DNA of 60,392 nucleotides, filler included, from an uncultured bacterium (GTDB taxonomy: Bacteria; Hinthialibacterota; Hinthialibacteria; Hinthialibacterales; Hinthialibacteraceae), in assembly GCA_964449065.1 (NCBI GenBank). It is 4 parts of 4 records of this genome, joined end to end, with 100 filler letters (N's around TTAATTAATTAA, not from the genome) between each part and the next. Parts side by side here need not be neighbours in the genome. Positions count along the whole stretch, not along the records: positions 45,587 to 60,392 come from CAYVAZ010000110.1; 3 more parts are not named here. One strand, 5' to 3'. Below the pieces are notes generated by a model. The model had not been told where the DNA came from. It did not search any database and was given only the letters and a program-made list of their open reading frames with translations. This document shows positions 50,272 to 59,667 of this stretch, one piece after another (position 1 is the stretch's first letter; each line of letters opens with the position of its first letter). The translations under genes were made by a program, and so were the position numbers.

Positions 50272-51684
50272 TTACGCCAATTCCCATCCGCGGGGGTATT
50301 CTTTCTTAACCCATTGGTTGGCTTCGCGGTGGTTGGTAAAGCGCATGTTCTCGCCGTCCCACATCAGCTTTTGGTGCGGGTAACGCAGCGCGATGTTTCC
50401 CAGCAGCACAAACTCCGTCAGCACCCCCGCGTGGCCGAAATCCGAACCCGCCTTCCAGCCGGTCTTGCACGCGCGGATCCAATCGATCTTGTGCATCTGG
50501 TCCTCGTGCTCCTGTTCGGGATTGCGCGGGCTGGGGATGCTGGGCAGCCTCGGCACGAACTTCGGCGCTTCATAGTCTTCCAGAATCTTTTGATCCTTCA
50601 CCACGATGTTGACATCCGCCTGGCGTTTCATGATGATCAGGCCGCTTTCTCCCACCAGCATGTTGCCGTTTCGTTCTTCGATAAATTGATCGTGCGGGTC
50701 ATCCCAACCGAAGGGCATTTTGGGTTTAAGTTTGCCGTCATACCAATAGAGATCGACGGGCGCCAGTTCGCCGCGCTGCGGGAAGCGGAAACGGATTATC
50801 GATTCGAGCGGATAGGTGAAATCGTTCGCGCCTTTGATGTGCACGCATTCCACCGATTCGGGGAAGCCTAATTGCAGCGCCTTTTTGACGGGGCTGAGGT
50901 TGTGGCAGGCGATATCGCCCAGCGCGCCGGTGCCGTAATCCCACCAGCCGCGCCATTTAAAGGGGCAATAGCCTTCGTTATAAGGACGCTGCGGGGCAGG
51001 GCCTTGCCACAGGTCCCAATTGAGATAATTGGGGACGGGCTGTTTGGGCAGATAATGATCAACCCCTTGCGGCCACCATCCGGTGGGACGGTCGGTCCAC
51101 GAATGGACTTCGTTCACCTGGCCTACAATGCCGTCTTGGTAGATTTCGATCAACTCGCGCTGAAAACTGGATGCGGCGCCGTTGTTGCCCATTTGAGTGG
51201 CGACGCCGTAGTAGTTGGCAGCCAGCCGCATCTGCCGCGCCTCATGCACGGTGTGGGTAAGGGGTTTTTGCACATACACATGTTTGCCCATCGCCATGGC
51301 CATCATCGCCGGTGGCGCGTGAAGATGATCCGGCGTGGCGATAATCACCGCTTCGATTTCTTTCATCTGATCGAGCATTTTACGGTAGTCTTTAAACTTC
51401 GGCACGTTGGGAAAACGTTGGAAGAGTCTGGCGGCATGATTGAAATCGACATCGCAAAGCGCCACGATGTTTTCATGGCTGCATTGGGTGACGTCGCTGT
51501 GCCCTTTGCCGCCCACACCGATCGCGGCGATGTTGAGTTGCTCGTTCGGCGATTGATAGCCTGCTTTGGCTTGCGAGGTACGGCGGACGCGGTACTTCTC
51601 TTGCGCGGTCGCGCATCCTGCGGTGATTAGCGATGAGGTGCTGCCCAGCAAAAACAAACGGCGGTTAAGTGTATTGTGATTCAT
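50272..51684 (-). CDS. Tat-exported Gfo/Idh/MocA family oxidoreductase
   Basis: LNRRLFL; IGVGGKG; ATPDHLH; KHVYVQKPL; WRGWWDYGTGALGD. Confidence 0.92.
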   Translation of the reverse strand: MNHNTLNRRLFLLGSTSSLITAGCATAQEKYRVRRTSQAKAGYQSPNEQLNIAAIGVGGKGHSDVTQCSHENIVALCDVDFNHAARLFQRFPNVPKFKDYRKMLDQMKEIEAVIIATPDHLHAPPAMMAMAMGKHVYVQKPLTHTVHEARQMRLAANYYGVATQMGNNGAASSFQRELIEIYQDGIVGQVNEVHSWTDRPTGWWPQGVDHYLPKQPVPNYLNWDLWQGPAPQRPYNEGYCPFKWRGWWDYGTGALGDIACHNLSPVKKALQLGFPESVECVHIKGANDFTYPLESIIRFRFPQRGELAPVDLYWYDGKLKPKMPFGWDDPHDQFIEERNGNMLVGESGLIIMKRQADVNIVVKDQKILEDYEAPKFVPRLPSIPSPRNPEQEHEDQMHKIDWIRACKTGWKAGSDFGHAGVLTEFVLLGNIALRYPHQKLMWDGENMRFTNHREANQWVKKEYPRGWELA

Positions 51685-51887
51685 TCAATCGTCTCCCCAT
51701 TGGCATATACTACCAAACTATCTTGATTTCAGGAGAATAGCAAGATGTATTATGCAATCTTTAGTTGTATACCGTTCGAAGGTCTACCCACATATGATGA
51801 ATGGTGAATGGACTTGGCTTAATTCTACGTTTGAAAATCGGTGTTAAATGACTTGTGCCAGTATTACCATTTCCAATTTGGATTGTT

Positions 51888-51982
51888 TAGCGCGTTTCAG
51901 AGTTGAATAGTCGGGTAGCACTGGCTTCCAACCAGTACATGAGCGTATACGTTACACCTCTACGCAAACCTGAATTGCTCTA
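51888..51982. mobile_element. TA-ended mini inverted-repeat element enclosing a GTAG REP
   Basis: TAGCGCGTTTCAGAGTTG vs rc TAGAGCAATTCAGGTTTG (13/18); internal GTAGCACTGGCTTCCAACCAGT (51915-51936). Confidence 0.4.
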
Positions 51983-52074
51983 AAATCAACACGGCTCACC
52001 ATGATTACTTCGATTGAATGTCAAGGGAATTACCTCAAAACAAACGAAGATGAATCTACATTATAAGCAAAAAT

Positions 52075-53790
52075 TTATTGCGATTTCACGGGAAAAATAA
52101 GGATCTCCGGCCCGGGGCGTTTGCGCTGCCATAACCGCGTGGTGGGGCTGTAGGTGTCTTCCACATCCGCCTGCTCTACACGGCGTACAATATCACGCGA
52201 GGCATCATTCATGTCGCTGTGTTTGTAAAAAACGGTAAAAGCCTCAACCGGTTCGGGAGAGCCGGTGAATTGAATGACGGACTGCAAGCGCTGGCGAAAG
52301 GTGTCATCTATGTGCCCAGGAAAGGCGGCGAATGTGCTTACTGCAGCCCAGCGCAGTGGATATTCATGCAAGCGGTTGAGTTGGTTGGATGGCAAACGGT
52401 CGATGTTCAGCGCATACGGTGTTGACCATTCTTCCGCGGTTTCCCAATAAACCAGCGGCAGTGCAAACTGTCCCGCCGCCATGACACCCTCTTCCTGTTG
52501 CGAGAGCAGCCAGCGAAGGTTTTGGATGCGGGTGTCTTCCTGTTTAAGCAAATAATTACCGCGCAGCGAAGAAAGCAGCGGTTGAGCAATCATCAACAAG
52601 ATGATCGCGGTTGCGAGGGTCTTCCGTTTCCATCCTGTGGGGATTAAAGCAAACAAATAGGTAAACCCAAAGGCGGCCGCGATGGCAATCCACGGAATGA
52701 GCGGCAGGCTAAAGCGGGTGAAGTAAAGCGGATTGGTCATCAGCATCAATGCGTATAAAACGGGGAACACGAAAAATTCCCAGCGCTTTTGCCGGATGAA
52801 ACAGTATGCCCCAAACGCCGCAAAAATCAGCGAGAAAACCCCTTCGCTGCGCCAGAGCGATTCAAAGAGCAAAAATCCCGACCACAACTGTTCCTGCCCC
52901 TGCCAGCCGCCGGCGGCGGCATCGGCGAGTTTTTGCATTTCGGCGAAAAATGTGGATGGATCAAGAACCGGGAATGGGCAGATAACAAGAAAGGCAGCGA
53001 TTGATATCAATCCGATAGCCGCTAGATCACGGATAACAGGCAGCCAATAATTTGAAAACGGTTCCCCGATTCCGGCTCGGCGGGAGCCTCGCCCTTCCAG
53101 CCATCTATCTTGAAAAACGGGAATGAATCGAAACAATAGCAGCGTTAGAACTGCCGGGTAGGCGCTGTATTTGAAGGCCGTGGCAATTCCGCTGAGTGCG
53201 GCAGCACCGAAAAGCCAGCGGATGGATTGCTTTTTTAATGAATACAAACCTACCGTCATTACAAGCAGCACCCAAAAGGCCATTGAAGCATCATTCACCG
53301 CAAAGTGGCTTTCACGCACGCTGACAAAGGATACCGCGTTCAGTCCAGTGGCCAGCAACGCGGTTTGAGACCGTAAGTTTAACAGCCGGGCTGTCCAAAA
53401 TGTGAGTGCAATTATGCCGGCACCAAACAAGGCAGATAAGACTCTTGAACCCAACACCAAAATATAGGGCTTATATTGGAAGGTTTTCAATACATTATCT
53501 GCACTTGGGAGAGATTGCGGAGCGGGGTACCAATCCGGAACACCAATGGAAGGCGATACCTGCACCCAAATGGGATAAAACAGCGCGCCGGTATAAGTAA
53601 ACGCGGGCGGATTGCGGAAGTATTTTGGGTTCCACTGGCCTTGATGTACCTTTGCCGCACCCTGTACATACTTCCACTCATCCGGATGCAGGCGGAATGG
53701 CAGCCCCCAGCCGATGGCATCGAACCGCAGCCATGCTCCGAGTAGACAGATAGCCGCAAGAATTATATACGTAAATATGGATTGCTTCAT
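52075..53790 (-). CDS. GT39/ArnT-like membrane glycosyltransferase
   Basis: LRF..I.WGLP...HPDE; YFRNPP; SHFAVND; AFKY; multiple TM helices. Confidence 0.85.
   Translation of the reverse strand: MKQSIFTYIILAAICLLGAWLRFDAIGWGLPFRLHPDEWKYVQGAAKVHQGQWNPKYFRNPPAFTYTGALFYPIWVQVSPSIGVPDWYPAPQSLPSADNVLKTFQYKPYILVLGSRVLSALFGAGIIALTFWTARLLNLRSQTALLATGLNAVSFVSVRESHFAVNDASMAFWVLLVMTVGLYSLKKQSIRWLFGAAALSGIATAFKYSAYPAVLTLLLFRFIPVFQDRWLEGRGSRRAGIGEPFSNYWLPVIRDLAAIGLISIAAFLVICPFPVLDPSTFFAEMQKLADAAAGGWQGQEQLWSGFLLFESLWRSEGVFSLIFAAFGAYCFIRQKRWEFFVFPVLYALMLMTNPLYFTRFSLPLIPWIAIAAAFGFTYLFALIPTGWKRKTLATAIILLMIAQPLLSSLRGNYLLKQEDTRIQNLRWLLSQQEEGVMAAGQFALPLVYWETAEEWSTPYALNIDRLPSNQLNRLHEYPLRWAAVSTFAAFPGHIDDTFRQRLQSVIQFTGSPEPVEAFTVFYKHSDMNDASRDIVRRVEQADVEDTYSPTTRLWQRKRPGPEILIFPVKSQ
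53074..53098 (-). repeat. Family-B REP core inside a CDS
   Basis: rc GGAAGGGCGAGGCTCCCGCCGAGCC, read as EGRGSRRA. Confidence 0.8.
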
Positions 53791-53807
53791 AAAGTTGAGT
53801 GTAGCAT

Positions 53808-53841
53808 AAAAAAAGCAGGCCGAAGCCAGCCTGCTTTTTTT
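53808..53841. terminator. Rho-independent terminator (bidirectional form)
   Basis: AAAAAAAGCAGGC-CGAAGCCA-GCCTGCTTTTTTT. Confidence 0.88.
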
Positions 53842-53860
53842 GTAGAAACGTCAAGACAAA

Positions 53861-54577
53861 TCACTCAAATGATACGGAACTTTTGTGCATTGGAGGAGCA
53901 ACCCGTTTGGTGCTGACCTTACCGTCAGGAACATCCAAATAGGCGGACGCGATAAAGACATCGTCTTTCGCGAAGCCAAGCGCCTCGTAGGATGTGCGTA
54001 GAATTTCCAACGTTTCATCAACAGTGCGGCGGTTGGGGAAGATATCGGCTTGCTTCATGCATTCGCCAATTAAATGCTGTTTTCCCAACACATAGCCTTG
54101 TTCGATGAAGATTTCGGAAATACCCAATAACCGGTTGCGGGTGACCGCGTCTTCTTCACACATGACGGCATCGCGCAAGGGTTTGAGGATGCGGGTGCGT
54201 CCGGTATCTGAACCGGGGTCATTTTTACGGGCGATATCCGCATCGGTCGCATCGCGCGCCTGCTGCATCAGATATTGCAAATCCCTTTCGGTTAAGGCTT
54301 GACGGCGGCGGGCAGTGCGCTCCATCGCCATTTCGGTTGCACGGCGCAGCAAAATCGGACTGATTCTGTGACCGTGGGTGCGTTTGTACAACAAACGGTA
54401 CTGCTTTGTGACGGCCCGCATGTATTCCACCGCTTTGTTGAGAGTCAAACCGGGTTGACGGTTCACAAAACGGCGGGCGGTTTCGGGGGCTATGCCCCAC
54501 TCCTGAACCAAATGGTTCTCAATCGCTTCACGCTGCTCGCGCGTAAGCTGCTTCGATTGTTTTTCTGATGTTTCCAT
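53861..54577 (-). CDS. Hypothetical protein (basic, helical)
   Basis: 238-aa ORF with SD-like AAGGTGG and its own terminator. Confidence 0.7.
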   Translation of the reverse strand: METSEKQSKQLTREQREAIENHLVQEWGIAPETARRFVNRQPGLTLNKAVEYMRAVTKQYRLLYKRTHGHRISPILLRRATEMAMERTARRRQALTERDLQYLMQQARDATDADIARKNDPGSDTGRTRILKPLRDAVMCEEDAVTRNRLLGISEIFIEQGYVLGKQHLIGECMKQADIFPNRRTVDETLEILRTSYEALGFAKDDVFIASAYLDVPDGKVSTKRVAPPMHKSSVSFE

Positions 54578-54854
54578 CCGCTTACCACCTTCCATAGAAT
54601 AACAATCCCATCACACTCCTACCGGAGTGAAAAACCATACCGACAAAGATTCACCACAACAGTTTGGTTGGATTCATTTTCAGAGATTGAATCTCGGATA
54701 ATGAAACGCAATCAACTGAATGGAAAAAATCAGTTGATGATGGTATGTAGGATTATTGATTAAATCCATTCACTTAATACAAAACAATATAAAAACAGTT
54801 CGTTGACAGCATTTGATGATAAAAAAAATTCGCCACGATTGCAAGCTCTTTTTT

Positions 54855-55217
54855 TTATCGCTTAAAAAATCCTTCTAAGTTATGATTTTTTAAGCGGATA
54901 TCCGGCATTGATTCCAGGATGTGTTCCGCCAAAAAAGCCAAAGAACGCTTGACTCCGCGTGTTTTAACAGGATCCGTGTTAGCATCCAAGCGAAGAGTAA
55001 CGCAATTTTTGTGTTCATTACGGGCTATGATGGCGTAGAAGTTTTGTACATGGCCTTCTTCTACTACAGTAACGGGAATTAATGCCTTATGATGTTTTTT
55101 TTCAGTATACCAGTGTTTTATGACAATACGCCATTCACTGGTTTCCTCAATGAGAGGGGTAAACGTTTCTCCTAACTTCGATACGTCATCTACCCAATCT
55201 AACACAACGTGAGGCAA
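54855..55217 (-). CDS. Hypothetical protein
   Basis: 120 aa, TTG start with AAGGA SD; DPVKTRGVKRSLA segment looks conserved-like. Confidence 0.65.
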   Translation of the reverse strand: MPHVVLDWVDDVSKLGETFTPLIEETSEWRIVIKHWYTEKKHHKALIPVTVVEEGHVQNFYAIIARNEHKNCVTLRLDANTDPVKTRGVKRSLAFLAEHILESMPDIRLKNHNLEGFFKR

Positions 55218-55819
55218 TGCCCGCGTCCTTTCCTCTCTTTTTTTGTTAAGTTTAATGTCAAGATCGTAATCTTGGCATTATATTCAACCCGAAAACGTCA
55301 TCACAATAAAAATCGGCTTCTATCGCCACTTAGCACTTTGGATAACTTCCACAAAGTGATTTCTAGATTATGTGTAACATCCCATTACTCAAAAACCGAA
55401 ATTTCTCACAAAAAATGTGTGTATTTTTAATATAAAAAAAATATTATATGTGAGTTTTCTTATAGTCTATACAATTCAGGGATGAACGTCAAGATATTTT
55501 TTATTTATTTTTTGGTTCTACATCCAGTGATCGGAAATAATCCGTAAACGTATGAAAATTAGTAGTTTAAATTACTGAATTTTCAGATAAATCACCAATT
55601 TATACCTGGAATTTCTTTCAATCTATGAAAAAGAAACGTTGGCCCTATATTAAAATGTATTTATTTTACATTTTAACAAACTACTTTTTTTCATTATCTA
55701 TGAAAGAAATTCGTATAAGATATTTATTTATCTATGTATTATCATGACTATAACTATATTCTCCATTAAATATGAAAATTCAATTCGTTAGAATTCATAA
55801 AATCAACTAATCTACCCGA

Positions 55820-58800
55820 TCAATTCGTTAAACTTTCATTGAGTTTAATGTAGTACGATTTGATTGCGTTGCGGTATTGTTGTGGAATTTTTTCTTCATC
55901 CGGGCGTTCGGCGGCTTGAGAGGCCCGTTCTTCCTTCGGCATATCGGGTAAATCTTCCGGCGAATTGGCGTCTTGTCCGCTTTTTGCAGTCTCGGCTTTG
56001 CGCGTTTTCCCAAATTCATCTTTTTCTTGAAAAGTCCCGGCTTCTAGTAACCTTGTTTCAATACGCTTTTGTTTTTCAGCCACTTCTTCGTTATTGATTC
56101 CTTCTTCCAACATCCCTTCTACTTCTTTCATATCTTCATAAATGCCTTGCAATTGGTTGCGGATTTGGCGGGCATTGCGGTATTGCTGCATCATTTCCTG
56201 CATTTTTTGGCGAATCATGGCTTGTTGCTGGGCCATCTGGCGAAGACGTTCCATCATTTGCTCACCTTTTTCGCCCATCTGGCGCATCTGCTGCATTTGC
56301 TGCCCTAAACTTTGTTGTTGCTGAAGCATTTGCTGCAATTGCTGTTGGAAATCTTGGTTTTGCATTTGCTGCATCATTTGTTGCTGCATTTGCTGCTGCA
56401 TTTCCTGTGAATCTTCCAGCATGGTATACAGCGCATCGTTTAACGCGATTAACGCTTGACGGCTTTCATGCAAGGCAACCCATTTGACCCCTTGGCTTGA
56501 TGCTATCGCTTCAGTCAATTGGCGTTGACTCTTTTCAAGAAAGTCATTCACGGTTTGGCTCATGAAGGGATTGACCGCGGCAATTTCTTCCCATTTTTCT
56601 TGTATACGTTTGGTTTCGTTGTTGTACGATCGCGCACGGTGAATGGCACGCTGTGAATCCACTGTGTTTTTGCCGGTGGTGAGGCCTTCCAAATTATCCG
56701 AGAGGAATAATCCCCGCTCGATTAGGCGGGTAATGACATCCATATCAAACTGCATGGCTTGCATCCCCATTTGCATCATTTGATTTTGCATTTGTTCCGC
56801 CATTTCACGCAGTTGTTGTTCCGCTTTTTGTTGATGCTGCTGTGCTTGACTTAGATTTTGCTGCTGCATTTGTTGTACGGCTGACTGCATTTGCTGCCGC
56901 AATCCTTTTTGCTGGGCTTGCTGCTGCATGTTTTCCAACTGTTTCGAAACCGCAGGGCTGCTTTCCCGCATTTCTTCTTTCATTTGCTCAATCGTTTCAA
57001 ACATATTGCCGGTATCGTCATTTAATTTTTCTTGACGTTCTTCCAAGAGTTTCTTCCGGTCTTCTAATTCTTTGCGGCGTTGTTCCAATTCTTTTTTGGC
57101 TTGTTCTAAAGCGTCTTCTTGATCTTTTTTCTCTGAGGATTGAGATGAATCTTCTTGGCTTTGTTGTCCTTCCTGTTGCCCTTCTTGATTTTCACCTTGC
57201 TGATTCTCACCGTTTTGTTGTTCACCTTCTTGAGATTCACCGTCTTGATTCTCTCCTTGCTGGTTTTCTCCGTCCTGCTGATTTTGCTCTTCGGATTGCT
57301 CAGCCTCTTGGGAACCATCCTGTTGCTCCCCGGTGTTCTGCTCGTTCATGGCTTCTTCCCGCTTTGCAAGTTCTTCTTGAATTTTTTGGTTCAGTTCCGC
57401 TTCTTGCTGGGCCAATAGTTGCTCTTCTTCCAAGATTTGCTGGGCTTCACGCTGCAAATGGTCTTGGCGCTGTGCCATTTCCTGTGCCATTTGTTTCAGA
57501 CCGTCTAACTGACGTTCTTTGGCATTATTTTCTAAAAGAGAAAGCGTACGATCTAACTGCTTTTCAAAATCCTCCACCGAAAACTGCATTTCTTCGAGGT
57601 CTTCCGGTTTGATATCTTCAGACAGCTTTTGGATGGTGTTTTCCATGGTTTCCATCATTTTTTGGCTGTCTTCATTCATGATTTCCTGCATTAATTCACG
57701 GACACGCTCCATTTTTTCAAGCGTTTCCATGGTAAAGCCCTGTTTTTGCTGTTCCTCCACCGGCATCGTTTCGGTAATATTTTCTTCAAATTGCTGCAAG
57801 TTCTTTTCGAGTTCTTTGGCTTTTTCATTTAACTGCTGCTGCCGTTCTTTCAGGCTTTCCAGTTCTTTCTTTTCTTCCCAAAACCCTTCCGGAGACTCTT
57901 CATCAAAGGCTTGGCCTTCCATTTTTTCCGAGATTTTGTCAACCGTTTCATCGATTTCGTCTTTGATATTCTTTTGCTCTTCCACAATACCGCTCAATTC
58001 TTCGATTTGCGTTTTTTCCTGTTCTTCGATATCCGCCAAAATATCCGTCAGGGATGGATAGCGGATGATGTGGATATCCGATTTTCCGGCCTTGCTGCCG
58101 TGAATGGCATCGTTGTCATAGGCTTCGACGTAATAGGTAATCTCATCGCCGGGGAAAAGGGGATTTTGGGCCAGATCCCATTTATAGTTTAAGAAGAAAG
58201 ACGTTGCGCTTCCTGCTTGTTCCGCCGCTTCGGGTGAGTATTTCCATAAAAGGATATGCTGCTGCGCGTCTTGATTATCGTTGATCCAAAAGTGGGAAAG
58301 CACTTGCTCGATCCGGTAGTCATCTTCAATTTTTACTTGAACGGTTTGGATGAGTTCATCCGGGATAGTGGCGTTGGGTTCAGGAGTCAAGATATCAACA
58401 GTTGGGGTGGCATCCTTCACAGCATTCACCGGATAAACCGGTGAGTTTCCAGTCATATCATTATAATCAGTCATCGAAATGAAAAAGGATTGATTCCCTG
58501 CTACAACAAAGCCAACTCCAAACGCATTATTTTGAACTTCTAATTCGTGTGTCATGTTGTCAATATGAAAATTGGCGGATTTCAAATCGGACGTTGCTTT
58601 CATACGCAAGGTGACTTGGCTGCCTTCCGGCGCGGTAACCGGGCGCAGTGAAGTGAAATGTTCTTGCGGCAAACCGGTGTATTGTGGCGGCACGATGGAG
58701 ATTTCAGCATCTTGAACCGCAGGTGGGTCAAGCGGAATGACTTGACCTTGGTTAGATAGCACTTCTTCGACAGAGAAATAATAACGAATAGGCTGTCGTA

Positions 58801-59557
58801 CCGATGGCATGGCGAAACGTAACTGATTATTCTTCACTTCTGTGCTGTAAGTGCGCCATCCCGAGCGGGATGATATGTGAATGTAGCCTTCATTTACCTT
58901 TTCTTCTTCCGGTAAATCCGCTAATAGGGTGATGGAATCGCCTCTTGCTAAAGTTACTGAGGACGGGATACCGATTTTGAAGCCATGCTCAATCACTCCG
59001 CGTTCCCATAATTGACTGATGACTTTATTATGTTGGATGGAGACAAAATCCGGCTCGACCACACAGACGGCTCCCCAGATAAAGACAATAAAAAACAGAG
59101 ATATTAAAGTTGCGGCAGAAGGATAGCCTCGAATTTCGCGAAGTTGTTTGGACATGTATTCATTCAGCCAAGAGTCATCAGCGGCGATGAGTTCTTTCGA
59201 ATATCCCAGGCGATCAACTTCCGATTCCTCTTGTTCAGCATAAACCAACAGTGAAGCCCGGTTGGAGATTTCCGGGTGATGTTCTTCGATACGGTGGAAG
59301 AAGGTGCGGATGAAAAAGCCACGCTTGGCCCAATCAAACAGTATCTTGAAAATGACATAGATGAGACCGGTTGCGGCTGCCAAGAATAATATATTGACAC
59401 TCTCAGCGCTCAGATTCATCATGCCGCCGGCAAAAAGAAGAATAAGCCATCCCATTAGAATAACAGTTGCGGACTGCAAAATAAGTTCAGAAAGGTATCG
59501 CAATGTATGGCGCCAAAACACGCTGTGTATGGCTTTAAGGCTGGTGTACTGTTTCAT
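55820..59557 (-). CDS. Large membrane-anchored coiled-coil protein, DUF4175-like, with Q/M/E-rich C-terminus
   Basis: N-terminal TMs; PPQYTG, DDYRI, PGDEITYYVEAYDN; long Q-rich helices; ends IPQQYRNAIKSYYIKL. Confidence 0.75.
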   Translation of the reverse strand: MKQYTSLKAIHSVFWRHTLRYLSELILQSATVILMGWLILLFAGGMMNLSAESVNILFLAAATGLIYVIFKILFDWAKRGFFIRTFFHRIEEHHPEISNRASLLVYAEQEESEVDRLGYSKELIAADDSWLNEYMSKQLREIRGYPSAATLISLFFIVFIWGAVCVVEPDFVSIQHNKVISQLWERGVIEHGFKIGIPSSVTLARGDSITLLADLPEEEKVNEGYIHISSRSGWRTYSTEVKNNQLRFAMPSVRQPIRYYFSVEEVLSNQGQVIPLDPPAVQDAEISIVPPQYTGLPQEHFTSLRPVTAPEGSQVTLRMKATSDLKSANFHIDNMTHELEVQNNAFGVGFVVAGNQSFFISMTDYNDMTGNSPVYPVNAVKDATPTVDILTPEPNATIPDELIQTVQVKIEDDYRIEQVLSHFWINDNQDAQQHILLWKYSPEAAEQAGSATSFFLNYKWDLAQNPLFPGDEITYYVEAYDNDAIHGSKAGKSDIHIIRYPSLTDILADIEEQEKTQIEELSGIVEEQKNIKDEIDETVDKISEKMEGQAFDEESPEGFWEEKKELESLKERQQQLNEKAKELEKNLQQFEENITETMPVEEQQKQGFTMETLEKMERVRELMQEIMNEDSQKMMETMENTIQKLSEDIKPEDLEEMQFSVEDFEKQLDRTLSLLENNAKERQLDGLKQMAQEMAQRQDHLQREAQQILEEEQLLAQQEAELNQKIQEELAKREEAMNEQNTGEQQDGSQEAEQSEEQNQQDGENQQGENQDGESQEGEQQNGENQQGENQEGQQEGQQSQEDSSQSSEKKDQEDALEQAKKELEQRRKELEDRKKLLEERQEKLNDDTGNMFETIEQMKEEMRESSPAVSKQLENMQQQAQQKGLRQQMQSAVQQMQQQNLSQAQQHQQKAEQQLREMAEQMQNQMMQMGMQAMQFDMDVITRLIERGLFLSDNLEGLTTGKNTVDSQRAIHRARSYNNETKRIQEKWEEIAAVNPFMSQTVNDFLEKSQRQLTEAIASSQGVKWVALHESRQALIALNDALYTMLEDSQEMQQQMQQQMMQQMQNQDFQQQLQQMLQQQQSLGQQMQQMRQMGEKGEQMMERLRQMAQQQAMIRQKMQEMMQQYRNARQIRNQLQGIYEDMKEVEGMLEEGINNEEVAEKQKRIETRLLEAGTFQEKDEFGKTRKAETAKSGQDANSPEDLPDMPKEERASQAAERPDEEKIPQQYRNAIKSYYIKLNESLTN

Positions 59558-59615
59558 AAAAAATTTATCCAATCTTTATCTAAAATACATTCCTACTGAT
59601 ATGAACGGAACTTCC

Positions 59616-59640
59616 GGCTCGGCGGGAGCCTCGCCCTCCC
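59616..59640 (-). repeat. Family-B REP core
   Basis: rc GGGAGGGCGAGGCTCCCGCCGAGCC, identical to 11049-11073. Confidence 0.85.
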
Positions 59641-59667
59641 AAAACGGACATTCTTTTTGCAACTACT

